Source: Lingula anatina
Lineage: Eukaryota; Animalia; Brachiopoda
Assembly: GCA_051362555.1 (NCBI GenBank)
Contig: CM120649.1
Coordinates: 372,001 to 436,000, forward strand
Length of the DNA stretch: 64,000 bases
Direction of reading: 5' to 3'
Shown here: positions 39,251 to 53,826 of the stretch, one piece after another
How the letters are laid out: each line of letters opens with the position of its first letter
Position numbering within the stretch: the first letter of the stretch is position 1
Translations under genes and position numbers: made by a program
Notes under the pieces: model-generated
The model's database searches: none
Told to the model about the DNA's origin: nothing
Seen by the model: only the letters and a program-made list of their open reading frames with translations

Positions 39251-39381
39251 TTATTTCTGTATTTTGTTTAATATGTTGATTCATTTATCTCATTAGATGG
39301 CAGTAGTGTGATTTATAGTTGATTGCTTGCATGACCACAAGCTTCAAACTCAACAGCAGGGCTTAACATCTGACAATTAAA

Positions 39382-39640
39382 GGCTTCGTTCACATGCAAT
39401 GTCTATTTTCTAAATTCTATTTTCTATTTTCGGTATGTCTTATGATCACGCTCTGTGCCCTGAATATCCCGCGGCATAATTACTGGCAGCGCGAGCCAGT
39501 TACTATAAGTTACTGTAAGTAACTGGCTCGCGCTGCTAGTAATTACGCGGCGGGATATTCAGGGCACAGACTGTGATCATAAGACATACCGCGAATAGAA
39601 AATAGAATTTAGAAAATAGACATTGCATCTGAATGAAGCC
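39382..39640. mobile_element. 259-bp near-perfect foldback element with 3-bp direct flanks
   Basis: AAA|ggcttcgttcacatgcaatgtc ... gacattgcatctgaatgaagcc|AAA. Arms are 123 bp with about 9 mismatches by hand count and a 13-nt spacer. CpG-rich. Confidence 0.92.
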
Positions 39641-42600
39641 AAAGATGGACCTATAACTGACAGCTAGTATGAGACCCCCCCTCCCCCTTCAATTCTACAT
39701 AAATGACAATCCAGTGATAAGAACAATCAATCTTTCTTCTAATAGCCCTGTGAATGTAGTGCTTTGTGGTTTAGTCTGTTGACTATTTAAAGGGCAAATG
39801 GATTGTTTTTTGTAGTTAGAGGTAGAAAAGATGCAGATACCTATGTTGATCTCAGAAGAAATCACGTCTTTTAATCTGTTACAAAAAGCAGTGTGTGTTT
39901 TAAGTACATTTAAGGTCTGATTCCAGATTCATTTAGATATAGTGTATATTTTCTTGATATAATGATAGTAGACATTAGGTTTTATGATTTTTGTTGATCC
40001 TTGCTTATAATTTTTTTTTTTCATTTTCTTTTTTTTTTATCAGAAAGAGCATCATTAAATCTCTGTCAGGATTTCGATAGAAATAATCTCTGTGCAACAC
40101 CATCAATACAAAGAACTGTAATAATATTTTACTACTGTCTTTCTGTTAAAGCCCTTGCTTGGAAAATAAACTTATCTAAATTTGACATTCATTGTTTCTG
40201 TCATTTACATCTCTAGTGGCCAGAAATAAGCACAGTTAGTGTTTACTTTATGTTTTGTTGGTGGTTATTTGTTAAAATGTATTATTTCCATCTTGTTGAT
40301 CTTCGGGGTGTCTGGAAGCCAGCCAGTGCGGTTATTTTTAGTATTTGTTTAAAAAGTGTAAAATGTAATTGCAGGGCCAGACTTACAGTTCGGCAATTTT
40401 GTACTCATTTTAAGGGACATAAACATCGCCTGATGGTTTTCAGCGTGCAAAACTGGTGAGGTGAAAGTTTGGACAAAAAAGATTTAAATTCTCACAGGTT
40501 CTCAAGTTTCTTTCTCAAGTTTCTGCATTTCACCTATTTGCAATAGGTATTATTTAATAAAGAATGTGAAGTAATCGGCTGTGTGCCTCCCAAGTTGCTT
40601 ACTCAGATAGAAACAAACTACATGAGTTAAAAGATACAAGAACAGTTGTACCAATCTCTCTAGTAAATAAAATGTTACACATTACTGGGAAAATGACTGT
40701 GGTTTTCCTCCTACAACTCATTTTATGTAAATCAAAGTTATTGACCCCTGTTAATCTAAGCGTTTAAACTTCACTGGTCACAGAAAATGTCCATGGTGAA
40801 CTCCCGGTCATAGTGTGTTAACTGTGTAGTGCCAGGTATGCCTTTTAACCTAATCAATACCTAATTATTGTCAACTTGAAGCCAGCCATGAAGACCATTA
40901 AAGTGGCTGGCACAGTGAATGATAACAGATAGACGTCATCCACCAAGGATGGACAATGACCAAGGATGGTCGATGACCAAGGATGGATGGTCACTTTGCA
41001 GCAAACTGTTTGTGATTAGTATTGATAACTGAGACATGTACCCCCAAATATGCCCCCTCCCCCACCGGCACCTGCACCCCCTTCCCCCTCTTCCACCCCC
41101 TCCTCCCAGTACTCTAGCCAAGTGAAAAAAATAGAACCATGGTTATTATCCCTTTGAAAAAGCACATGGCAATTAAAGATTGTCCATAGAAACAAAAGTT
41201 GCTTATGGCCAAAGTTAATTTCTGAACCTTGTGCTTTGCTGAAAGGTATCCAAAGTCAGGCTTGTCAAAAAAATAGAGCCTGATGAATTTCACTTATGAT
41301 GGTAAATTTGGAATGTGAATGTAATGAGTTTGTAGATGGTATTTTTCACAGTAGTTTTGGAAATGCAATTCCTTGATGTTAAAGAGAAATTTTGAAATTT
41401 TCACTTTTTTCATTTTATTTCAATCTTTTTTTTTTTTTCTTCATTGATTTTTGCATATAGCAAGGTCTAACACACATTGTGTTCCTTGAGCAGCCAGACT
41501 AGCCATCATGGTTTATGGACAACCTCCCACAGTTCAACCCAAACTTCAATGATCCGTACCCCTTACCTTAGATTCCCTTCATTGCTTTGATAAGATCAAG
41601 TAACACATCAGGATCAATGGGGTCATACAACTCCTCACTTAATATGATATCTCCATCTATTCCATCTTTCTGCAATATAACCTGGATCATAAAGTCTGTA
41701 ATTTTGTAGATGATTTGGTATGAAATTATTTACTAAGATGCAGCGCAGGCTGATGGTTGTACTCTCAGGTAAATCTTGAACACAGATAAAATGAAGAACA
41801 TCCTATGATACTTGCCAAAGGTCCTCTCAGTGTTAGGTTAAAACATTCAAACTGATTGTGTAACACTTGACAGGAAAATAGATTGTGTTCTTTTTTCTAA
41901 TTTACTTCCCTGTTATTTTTTTTCTGGAAAATACTGCAAAATGCTGAATTATTGATTCCAGACTGCAGATAACTATTGTCTACACCAGCCAGGCTCATCA
42001 GAGAGAGTGTGTCTCAGCCAATAAGTTTTATGTTTGCTGACTTTACAAAAATTAAAAATAAATTAGAAAGAATTAAATCAATGAATTGAACTATATATTA
42101 TCTTGTTCTATAATTCCTGACATTAGCAGGGATAAGATTTTTCCAATAATTAACAGATTTCCGACTTTTTTGGAGTCAAAAATATCATTGGCCTAGGCAG
42201 CCCTCTGGATCCCATGAAATATTTCTGACTTTTTCACTAAATGACAGACTCATTCCTGTATTAGGTGTGAAAAAAGTTGATTACCAATTAGTGACAGCAT
42301 TAAAGAGATACCTTGGCGTGGCCCTACTTTGCTCTGGTCTGGTACCATTAATTGCATTGTGAAAGGCCTATTTTTTTTTAACTTTACCACAACAGCCCAG
42401 TTGGACACTGGTCAGGGATGGGGCACCTGTCCAGCCAGTCCAGCCAGGTGTGATGCTTGATTAATGTTACAGCTAATGGTCAGTGAGTCCTTGAGCGTCT
42501 GACCAATGTCATTCTCTGTTGTCTTTGTGTTTTGGTGACTACAAGTTCACCTGCACAGAAGAAATGTGTGTGTTTCTGGATAGGGGTGATTTACATACAG

Positions 42601-43522
42601 TTCCAGGTGAAATAAATACTGACATCTCCTGCTTACAAAGGTGTACGTCATTTATTGTGTCCTTGCCTGCAATGACTGAACAAATATGAAAAATCATCAT
42701 TAGGGCTGTACTGGCGTGTTTTTATAACGTCTGGAGTTTAGTTGAAATTCACAGGAAATTTTACACTGCCATCTCTGAGGCCCGATTGGTATATTCTAGT
42801 CACAACATCAGCCACAATGACTAAGTAAATACAACAATGATGTAACCATTGTTGAGAATCGTGCTATATTGGGACCAAATAAGCTGTGTATTATCAAAAG
42901 GTTACAATACAAATACTTCACAGGTATTGTGCTACAATTTAACGTCCTGGCTAACTCCTCTAGTTTTTACAAGAGCCTTGTATTATTGACATTTTAAATA
43001 GACTTGAATGTGATTAAGTGAAGTGTGAACAAAGTCAGGACTGTTTTGTCCAAACACAGCAACATACCCACGGTTTAACCCATGGGACTGGAATTCTGGC
43101 ACAAGAAAAATATTTTCAAGGACAAGAAATGAAATCAGTTGACCTGTGAAGACATTAAGCCACAATTGGCCCCCAAGTTTGACTGCTTTGACTCCGGCCA
43201 GTGAACCCTAATTCTGGCCCATGAGCCGCGAAAAATGTATGAGTTCAAATGGCAGACCCACGAAGAGTAATAATTCTATATGACAATTTAAGAAAATAAA
43301 TCAGTTGACCTAAGTTGACCTTTAAAGAAACCTAGGTGTTTTTTGGTGTAAATTTCACCTATCTGACCTACTGGACCCTATTATAGCCATGATGGATGTG
43401 AGTTCAAATGTCAGACCCTGAATTTTGTATTAGATGTATTTCCTATATAAAATCCTTACAGGCAGCAATAACACCAGATAATATACAAGACCTCTGTGAT
43501 TGACAAACTATCACAGGACTTA

Positions 43523-43737
43523 GACCCCATTCCCATAGATTAGATTGATCTACTTTAGATCGACCTAACTCCCTGGGGGTTCACGCTAAATAGCTGTCAG
43601 CCGAGCGGGCACGAAAATTAATTACCCCCTTACAGCTTGTAGTACGCGGGACGGACATTTAAGCCGGATTATCTGACAGTAATCTAGTGAGACTCTCCGC
43701 GGGGATAGATCGATCTAAAATCTATGGGAATGCGCCC
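43523..43737 (+). mobile_element. MITE family A copy 2
   Basis: TTA|gaccccattcccatagat ... atctatgggaatgcgccc|CTA, 215 bp. Confidence 0.9.
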
Positions 43738-44141
43738 CTAGCCTTTCCTACAGCTCTCTCCTGCAGACAAGTGGAACATTTAGTTTGATAGACCATATAA
43801 TTCAAGCTGTACATTTAGATATATTTACCTGGAAACACTATGTCAGACAGTCAGGGTGTTTTGCTTTGATAGGCTATCTACTAAGATACATTATCCAAGC
43901 TGTGGGTTTTTTTTTTCCTTTTTCTTTTTTTCTAATTCTTTTTCCAGATGGACATCTACAGAACTAGATGTGATAGTCAAAAAATCATTGCCTTACAGCC
44001 AGTATAATTAAGAACGGTTGACATTTGCAAGTCATTTTGCTTTCCTATCACAGATTTTTCTATCTGCAGGTAGAGTTAGTGTTGTTAAAAACACGATGAT
44101 ACACTGTATATCTGTGTTTTTTTGGTAATAATGGTAATCTT

Positions 44142-44180
<39 letters not shown>

Positions 44181-45982
44181 TGGGGTGGGGGCTTCATTAG
44201 TAGCACCTATCAGTTCATGATTTATCTATGATAAACAAAAATGGAAATTAATAAAAGCATCCTTCCCTTTTAATTGGTGTCATCTGTTATGTTTTTGTTA
44301 ATTCACATATTAACATGTCCTATGATGTGTTGTAAAGATCATAGCAGGTCAGTGTGGCAGTAACTGGAGAAATGTAGTCTTGGAAATATTTTATTAATTG
44401 TAGAGAAATTTCTAAATAAAAGCACTTGCTTCTAGGAGGAAAACAAGAATTTAATATCCCTATCTGCTTTTCAGTATTTTGGAGGAAGATATCTTTTATT
44501 TATTTATTATCATAACTATTTTCTTCTGAATTACTTCATTTCTGAAAAAGTATCCGTTGCAGACATGTTAAGTTTACTACATTAAGTCAATATTTCTGTT
44601 GAATGAGGCTTAGATAACAAAACATAGTCTAATGATTACAAAGCCAATGGTCACTGAGTGCCTTCGAAGCAATGTCTGGTTTGGTCAGACAGATTCACTA
44701 ATCAGGCAATGGTCAGAGCTGTCAGGAAATGACCAATGGTCTGTCCTTATATGACCAGTGTCTGACCCCAGTTTATCAAGTTATCACTAAATGCAGGCAG
44801 GGAGTTGTATCCAACAAATGAGATAAAGACTAGTTACAGTGGAATAGTTACTCTAAGACTGTAAACTTACCTTTGAGGTGAAGTTCCATTTCATTTTTAA
44901 ATGATTTATTTATTTTGTGTACAAATTAAAAAAAAGACAGAAATTAAATAAAGTGAATTTGCCTTACCTGATGTTAAACCTATGATGTTGTTGTTCTACT
45001 TAATGAAATTGCTGTCATTAAAGTCGTCAGACAGGCTGCCAGTGTGTTATCAGTATCACTGTAATAGTTTTACTAAACCCGGCCCAGCATTAAGTGAGTA
45101 TGCTGATTCATAGAGGGAAAGTAACCAATGGGAATCAAGGTGACAATCTGAATGACTACCTTGATTGGCCAATTGGGAAAACTTTTACTTGGGGATGTTT
45201 ATATTTTAATTATACTCTAAATTTTAAGTGCTATTTATTATTTGCTTATTATTTTTTTTAGTTGAAACTTATTATTAGTCATAATTTTTGTTTCACAAAT
45301 GTTTTATTATTATCTTTACCATGCATTCTTTAAAGAAGCTACATGTATTTATTTTGTAAATGTAAAAAAAAGTTTAAAATAATAATACAGATCTTGTGAA
45401 ACTTTCAGACATACCTAGGTGGTGAAATAGTTTATTGCTGTACTAGATATTAATACTTCAAATGGTTCCTTAGTGTCATCTGTGAAATTAATTAAAAAAT
45501 ATCTTCTCATATTTTTCTCGGAAGTCAATCTAATTTATCTGTGTTTTGCATGACAGGGCTAAGGGTTATTTTTACTCAGTCATTTTAACTGGCATTCCTA
45601 GAAATTCTATCAATTACAAGATAAAATGACAGACTTTAAGTGTATTGCCTATCCAAGATTAACTGCATTCTGAATGCAGGCATAATTCTTATATAACCTT
45701 GAAGGCAGAAACTTTTTTGCAGATTACTTAAATGCAGTCAACTGTGACGATTGGGAGACTATTTTCTCCATGAAATCAATTGAGGCTGTTGTTTGACGTC
45801 ATATCCATTAACAAGAGAAACTAATTATAAGACTTGAGAGTGGCTGAGTGGGGTGCTACTACCAACTGATTATTGACTATTATGTTTTAGATCTTGTTTG
45901 GTTCCAGTAATGTTTTATCAGTTGAACTGATGACTGTCAAACTAAGTGGCCATTAATATTGGTTAATTGAATGGGTGGCTTA

Positions 45983-46186
45983 GACTGCATTCAGATTTAC
46001 ACATTATACTAACTGGCTCGGTCCAGTTCTGTGGATGACTCTCGCTATAGTGTAATCAGTGGATTTAGTTTAATTGTCTGACCCTACTTGGCAGTTGGGG
46101 GGGGGGGGGTAATTAAGTATTGAGTGCTGATTTAGCTGATTCCAGTGATTGCACAGTTAGTATAATGTGTGATCTGAATGTGCCCC
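45983..46186. mobile_element. PIF/Harbinger-like MITE (diverged)
   Basis: TTA|gactgcattcagatttacacattatactaactg ... cagttagtataatgtgtgatctgaatgtgccc inverted ends. Confidence 0.7.
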
Positions 46187-49100
46187 TTTAACTTAAAACA
46201 GTTGTCTCACTAGGTTACTTAAGCTCAAAATTTGTTAGTAAAATACACATTATTATATGCTGATGTTTAAGATAATTTTGGTTAACTTAATTTTCATATT
46301 ACTCAGGAAATACCACAATGCATTCTGTCAATGCATCATGAATTTAAATATTTTGCAGATAAAACAAAATAACATGCCATTGATAAATTATAGATAGGAT
46401 TTGCTTGGTTCACTTAGTGCAAAAACATTAAATAGATGAAATAGGTAGTGTTTTTGTACTTGTCTATAGGGGTCAGCAGATGGTTGAACAGATGAAACTG
46501 TTTTGTTGTTGTTGTCATTATCGCTTATGATATTGGATTTGGCTATTGTTTGTTGGTCGGAAGATTTACCTAGGTCAAGCTTCTCAAAGAATGCCCAGTC
46601 AAAAGTGTTTTGCTCTATGGAAAAAAAGTTGATTGCATTACTTCATGCAGATAACTGATCACGGCAGCACTATGTTTAAGGTTGCAGAGTCAGTTTCGCT
46701 TTTGTAAAGTGCTGAAGGCCTATTTAGTGAGTAGCACTGCACTTCTTACAGTTAAATTTGTAAATTTATCTGATTGACTTTCAAATTTATAAGACAAAAA
46801 TGGGGTTAGTTTAAAAATCTGCCTGACTGTGACTCTTACTACTTACTATGAATACAATTTGGCCCTTAAAATGAGTTCAAATTTATGGATAAAGGAGCAT
46901 GCAGCTCTTTTTGTGCGCACACATACACATTTATGAAGTCATTGCTCGTCTGTGAGATGGGATAGAGAAAAAAAAAGATAATTTGATGATAAAGACCGCT
47001 AGGTAGTAATAACTAAATTCATAAGTATATAGCCATCTTTAGCAGTGACCTAGACATTAGTGAAAAGGGCATTTCTACCTCTCAGAGGGACTGGGGGAAA
47101 GTGGAGGTTATTACCTTGCCAATTATGATGAATCCAAGCAGAAAAACAAGCATTTGGTTGTTATAATGTCCAGCTTAAGATTGTGGGCATACAAACCCTT
47201 CTGGTAGAAAGTGTTTAGGAATGTTTTTTTTTCCTCCGCTAAAATATTGAAATTTTAATCAGAAGTTATCTTAAAGATATATGGTGATTTCTTACATAAT
47301 TCAAATATGATTTTTTTTCTCAAATCATATCACATTTATAATCCGTGGAATTTATCTGGATTTAATTCTGAATTTTTTGTCAAACTCTTTCACATAGAAA
47401 ACAGACCTCTCTTCTTTAAAAAGACATGAAGGACCTTAAAGATATTGTTATGACTAAATTTTTAAGTAAGATCATAAGCGTGAAGTACAGGGATCACTTT
47501 TCCAACTTTTAAACTGCTCACGTTACTCAATACACCTCCTAATCATGGTACATTGTCCCCAGACCTCCTTTCCAGCACATTTCTTTACTGCTTTATATTT
47601 ACTAAACATACGCCATGTTATGGTTATATCCATTCCTCAATTCTTTAAAAATACTTCTTTGATTTACTTAGTTTGAAAGCAAACCAGAAACTAATTCCTG
47701 ATGCAGGATTGGAAATGGTAATTAGGTGAAAATGAAAAAGCTTTGTGTTTTCACATTTTAACAGGAAGATGAGTCACAAAAGGTCCAGCTTTATCTTCCA
47801 CTTGCTTCACCTCCCCACAAACACGCACCCTACACGTGCTCAGAAAATTATTGCATTTATCCCTAAAGCGGACAATATCATCATTTTCTTAAATTCTGCA
47901 ACAAACATTACTTTAATGTAGGAAATAGACTACTTTTTCAATGTAAGATCTCTAAGGTTTGATTATAATGAATGATGACAGGCAGGCTTGCCCCCCACGT
48001 ATTCCACCTCCCCCCAGACACGCCTGTTTGCCACTCTACAAGCACCTAACACACGCTGATGTTACGCTGCCCAGCCTTTACATGTGTCAAGGTGAGGTGA
48101 TCTTTACCTCCTAGTGAGATAGCACAGGTGTAGAAAAGGTCAGGCTGTTTTCAGAACTCTTTGCTACAGTGTTAACTAGCATAGGCCCTAGCTGAGGTCT
48201 GGGCTAAAGATGTTCTACAAAAGCATGGAAGAATGGGGGAAATATTTTTGAACTTCTGACCCAAGCTGGTTATTAAAAGTCATGATCAGCTCAGTTACAA
48301 GTATGATACTTATTATGAGCTTTCATGTAGATAATGTGATATTGAACTGTTTGTATTTTGTGTGATACAGTTACAGCAAATCTTATGTTAACTACAAAAT
48401 TATGGCAGAAGTGGACTGTAACAATGTAATAATTTGTATCATTTAAGTAATAAATTATACTAATTTGCCCTTTTATCCAAATAACAATATTTAAAACTTT
48501 TTGAAACAATATTTCAATATTGTAAACATTGTATTGTTTTGTACCTGAATAATTTTGTTAGAAATTTTAAAAAGGTTTGAAATAATATTTCATTTTTATA
48601 AACATTCAATGATTTGTATCATGTTGATTTTGAATACATGCAGACCTGAGCTAGTGTTAAGTAAGTATGCCAAGCTCCCAGTATCAGACATGTCTCTGCC
48701 AGTGTTACACGTGTGATACAAGCGCAGATATTGTAGATGAGTGTATGATTTGAGAAAGAATGTGTAGATGGAAGGCTTGATTAACACTTCTGTGCTCACC
48801 TAAGACTGAATAAGAATATAATATAATATATTTAATATATACATATATCATAATATGTATATATACAATTGGGACCTAATTTGCTATTTTTTAAATAAAT
48901 GACTGTAGTGTGAAAAGGATATTTGTTCTAGAGGAAAGTTTTCTCCACTATTTAATTGCTGGCCACAAGCCCAGATTAATACCAGTAATGTGCAAGAAAC
49001 CTTAGTCAGATAATTCTGGCGGGAAGATGTTCAAAAAGACCTATTATAAAACAATAAATAAATAAATTTTAGCCCTTTCAAGCTTCTCCATCTGTTGCTT

Positions 49101-50395
49101 TATAGGATTTCAAGTGGATATGAATCAGCAAAAATATCAACTCAATATTCTTCATATTTACAGTTTTTTACCTGTATGGACTGAGTGAGACAGGTGTGGA
49201 GCTATTGGAAGTTAACCCTAGGGCTATCTCAACCATGTACTTCTTGTTACATTGGGTTGCATGTTCTGTTTGATAGGAAAATAATGGAACTCTTTAATTT
49301 TACCCAAAATGTACCCAGGAGTTGGGGGGGAAAATGTTACTTTGAAAAATTTGTCGGATTTACGCAATTAAAAATATTAATTTTTAGGCAACAAAATTTC
49401 AAGTTTTTACCGTACTCACGTGACGAAAAGAGAATAAGGAGGATTAAGGAATTCATGGTAGTGTTTTGATCATCTTGTCTTTTTAGTCGAATTTGAAGAC
49501 CATGCCTTGGATGTAAATTTGTTTTGGCTGTTTATGAAAAATTTAAATTTAAATTTTGATTTTTTAGAGAATTTAATGCACAGACACAGTAGTATCTGAA
49601 CACATTGCCATCACATGGAGTTTCAGAGTTCCCTGGCTTCATGAGTATAGATATTATTTGTCTTGATTAAAACAGCCTGTCACTAACCAACTTACAGCAT
49701 TTTGGGATTCCCATTCTAGATTGGAATCAGAGTGGACTGCACACAATTTTGTGTCACTGATATATTTCATATTGACATTGGGTATTTGGGTATTGAGATT
49801 TCTCTGTGGAGTTGCATGTTATAGATTGCTCGTGTTCAAGCTTCCAAGTCGGAAGTTCATGACTGTGCACTTTTGTGAGCAATGGATTTGATCTGGGCAG
49901 CTAGGAGGGTGTTTTCTCTCTGCTTGATTTGCTGTTATTTGTGTTCAGATGATAACAGGAATAGGGATCTGTTCTTCCTCACTTAATTTTTTATTGGATG
50001 AGGAAAAATTATTGCTGCAATTCACTGATTTAATAATCACTCATCCCTATACGTCTGTCACTCTCAAAGTAAATCACTAGATGTGCTTTGTGTAGCTGAA
50101 AAAATGAAAGTCTGGTCATTACTGATTTACATTCCATGCTTACTCTGATCCTTTCCATCCATTATTTTGTTTGACATGATTTAATTAATTGCAGTTGCAA
50201 GTTTCTGACAAATTACATATTTCTGAGTAATTATGAACAACAAGTGGTCATGTGACACTGGAATCAATGACAATCATCAAAGGTTTTATCCCCTAACCTT
50301 TTTAGACTATATTCTTGTCTGTATTTCTCTTAAACTGTTTGTTGAAGACGATGTAATAGTTGCACTTAACCTAGTTGAAGCTCGATCTCTCTCTG

Positions 50396-50427
<32 letters not shown>

Positions 50428-51040
50428 ATACACACACATACACACACACACACATACTTGTCTATGTGTACCAACCGAGGACATCAGCACAACACCATAC
50501 AACCGAGGACATCTTATTCCTTGGTTAAATCAAAATAAAAACATTCAATTTAGGGTAAAATCTATTCGAGTATGAATGTTATAAATTAATTTTTATAAAA
50601 ACTAATTTTTTGCTGACAAGAATTTTACATTCTAACCGAGGACACACACGGACACACACACGGACAGACACTACACATTACAACCGAGGACATGCATGCA
50701 TCTACATGTAATAATGATTGTACTTTTCATGCAAAGCAAATTTTATATAGCGTTACTTTGCAGCAATTCACATTTTTATGAAATTCTTTCATATTTAAGG
50801 TAAATTCCAAAATAACACCAGAGGTGATGATTAAATGAACAGTTATACAATATTTAATGCTGGGCTTTGCCACTTTTTTAGAATTGAAGATTATGAGATA
50901 AAACATCAATTAATTTAGGAAAAGAAAGGATACTGATGAAATAAAATAAAAGACCAAAGAAATTCGTTTTCAAACATTTTATTTTCATAATGCTTATTTT
51001 CTATTTAGCACTCTTTTATTATCATGAATTTTGTATTTTG

Positions 51041-53826
51041 ATAACACAAAGTGTCGTCCATTGGATACAGACTTGAACAGTACACAATTTTACAATTGAG
51101 GACATCATGCCAGCAGCACCCAAAATTGTGCTTTCTTCCAATTTGATGCAATATTATATAATGCATAATGATCATCAATTTTTTATAATAAAATATTAGT
51201 ATCATGAATATTCAGAAAATGTGACTAGCAAAGGTTTTCAGGTTCATGGAACTCCAAAGTCATACTTTGAAAATGCTAAATGTATACAAGAGAGCACTGT
51301 ACTGAAATGGGTTTCTTTCCATTTTTAACTTTTTTACATAAAATAATACAGTTTACTGCCATTTCACATGATCAACTAAGAAAATTGTTGAGATGGCAAA
51401 AATATCAATATAACAAGTTTAAATGTCCAATTTCCTCCATTCCGAACATTGTGAATGATTGAATCTGACAAACTACAATGATACGAGTTCATTTCCATTT
51501 TGGCACTTTTTTTACACAATACAAGATAACAGGTTTACCACCATTTTTATATAATCAACTAGCAATATTGTCAAGACGCAGAAATTGTCAAACAACCCAT
51601 TTTACATATCTAGTAAATTCAATAATGAGACTGTTTACATGCCTGACAATCAAATCTGAGGAAAACCACTTATATACAAATAAAAGCTGAAGTCCCTCAA
51701 AACTCAACCAATCAATCTTATTTTTAAATTTGATTTGTATATAGATAACATTGATCACTCTTGTGAGTTTAATGACAACAGGCCTATCGGTTCTCCCTGA
51801 AATGTGCTTACAGTGTTACTAATATGCTTTTACTAATAATCATCAGTTCTGTGAGTTTCATGAAAACAGGCTTTAAGTTATTGGTTCTCCCTGAAATGTG
51901 CTTACAGTGTTACATATATGCTGAAAAAAAAAAAAAACAAAAACAAAAAAAACAGCATAACATTTGAAAGAAAAGGGCCTGGTCTTGCTGATTTTCAATC
52001 TTGACCATTCTTTTACTAATAATCATCAGTTCTGTGAGTTTCATGAAAACAGGCTTATTGGTTCTCCTTGAAATATGTTAACAGTGTTGCATGTACACTG
52101 AAAAAAGGAGAAAAAATGCAAAACTTTTGAAAATAATCACCCCATTTCCTCCATTTTGAGACACTGTATTACACAGTACATGATAACATGTTTACCGTCA
52201 TATTTATATAATCAACTAGCAATGTTGTAAAAATGCAGACAATTTCAGAGAAACACTAACATATTTACATATCTAGTTAATTCAATAACGAAACTGTCAA
52301 CATGCCTGACAATCAAATCTGAGGAAAACCACTTATATACAAATAAAAGCTGAAGTCCCTCAGAACTCAACCAATCTATCTTATTTTTAAATTTGATTTG
52401 TATATAGATAACATTGATCACTCTTGTGAGTTTAATGACAACAGGCCTATCGGTTCTCCCAGAAATGTGCTTACAGTGTTACTTATATGCTGAAAAAAAA
52501 CAGCATAACATTTGAAAGAAAAGGGCCTGGTCATGCTGATTTTCAATCTTGACCATTCTTTTACTCATAATAATCAGTTCTGTGAGTTTCATGTAAACAG
52601 GCTTTAAGTTATTGGTTCTTCCTGAAATGTGCTTACAGTGTTACTTATATGCTTAAAAAAAACAGCATAACATTTGAAAGAAAAGGGCCTGGTCATGCTG
52701 ATTTTCAATGTTGACCATTCTTTTACTAATGATCCTCAGTTCTGTGAGTTTCATGAAAACAGGCTTATTGGTTCTCCTTGAAATGTGCTTACAGTGTTAC
52801 ATATATGCTGAAAAAAAAAACAGCATAACATTTGAAAGAAAAGGGCCTGGTCATGCTGATTTTCAATCTTGATCATTCTTTTTAATTTACTAATAATCAT
52901 CAGTTCTCTGAGTTTCATGAAAACAGGCCTATTGGTTCTCCTTGAAGTGTGTTTACAGTCACTAGTGGGCTTGATTTGGTCTTAAAGTGCAATTTAAGAA
53001 CACAAATAGTCTTACATGATCTTAAAACATGAGTAAGACTATTTCTGGACTAACAGCCAATTAAGTTGTCTCCCCTTACACATTCTCCTATTGTGAGCAG
53101 AGGTGTCCTCTATTGTGAGGGGAGGTATCCCCCATTGTGAGGGGAGGAAACTGCTTGACCACTTAAGTAGATGTTAGATCATTTTTGATCTTAAAAGCAG
53201 ATTCAGTCCATTTTAAGACTACTGCTGTAATGTTTAAGATCGTGTAAGATCACTTGTGAACTTAAATTGCACTTTAAGACCAAATCCAGCCCACTAGTGA
53301 GTGTTGCATGTACACTGAAAAAAAGGAGAAAAAAAATGCAAAACTTTTGAAAATAATCACCCCATTTCCTCCATTTTGAGACACTGTATTACACAGTACA
53401 TGATAACATGTTTACCGTCATATTTATTTAATCAACTAGCAATGTTGTAAAGATGCAGAAAATTTCAGACAAACACTAACATATTTACATATCTAGTTAG
53501 TTCAATAACGAAACTGTCAACATGCCTGACAATCAAATCTGAGGAAAACCACTTATATACAAATAAAAGCTGAAGTCCCTCAAAACTCAACCAATCAATC
53601 TTATTTTTAAACTTGATTTGTATATAGATAACATTGATTACTCCTGTGAGTTTCATGAAAACAGGCTTATCGGTTCTCCCTGAAATGTGCTTACAGTGTT
53701 ACTTATATGCTGAAAAAAAAAAAAAACAGCATAACATTTGAAAGAAAAGGGCCTGGTCATGCTGATTTTCAATCTTGACCATTCTTTTACTTATAATCAT
53801 CAGTTCTGTGAGTTTTACGAAAAGCC
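51041..53826 (+). mobile_element. Satellite-bearing Helentron/HINE-like repeat, copy 1 (3' truncated)
   Basis: Tandem units of about 155-160 bp (gctgaaaaa..cagcataacatttgaaagaaaagggcctggtcatgctgattttcaatcttgacc..ttctgtgagtttcatgaaaacagg) with higher-order duplication. 51100-51680 is homologous to 55210-55765. Family assignment is inferred and the left boundary is approximate. Confidence 0.6.
52960..53299. mobile_element. 340-bp non-autonomous CACTA (CMC/EnSpm)-type element with AGT TSD
   Basis: AGT|CACTAGTGGGCTTGATTTGGTCTTAAAGTGCAATTTAAG ... CTTAAATTGCACTTTAAGACCAAATCCAGCCCACTAGTG|AGT, TIR about 70 bp. The empty site acAGTgttgcatgtacactg is visible in the paralogous unit at 52081. Confidence 0.88.

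Noticed and set aside
42127-42258. Possible CAGG...CCTG hAT-like MITE
   Set aside because: Only about 10 bp of imperfect inverted ends, no clean TSD and no second copy.
43128-43420. Diverged dimer of about 165 bp (aaatcagttgacct ... gagttcaaatg.cagaccc)
   Set aside because: Probably a decayed repeat remnant, too degenerate to classify.
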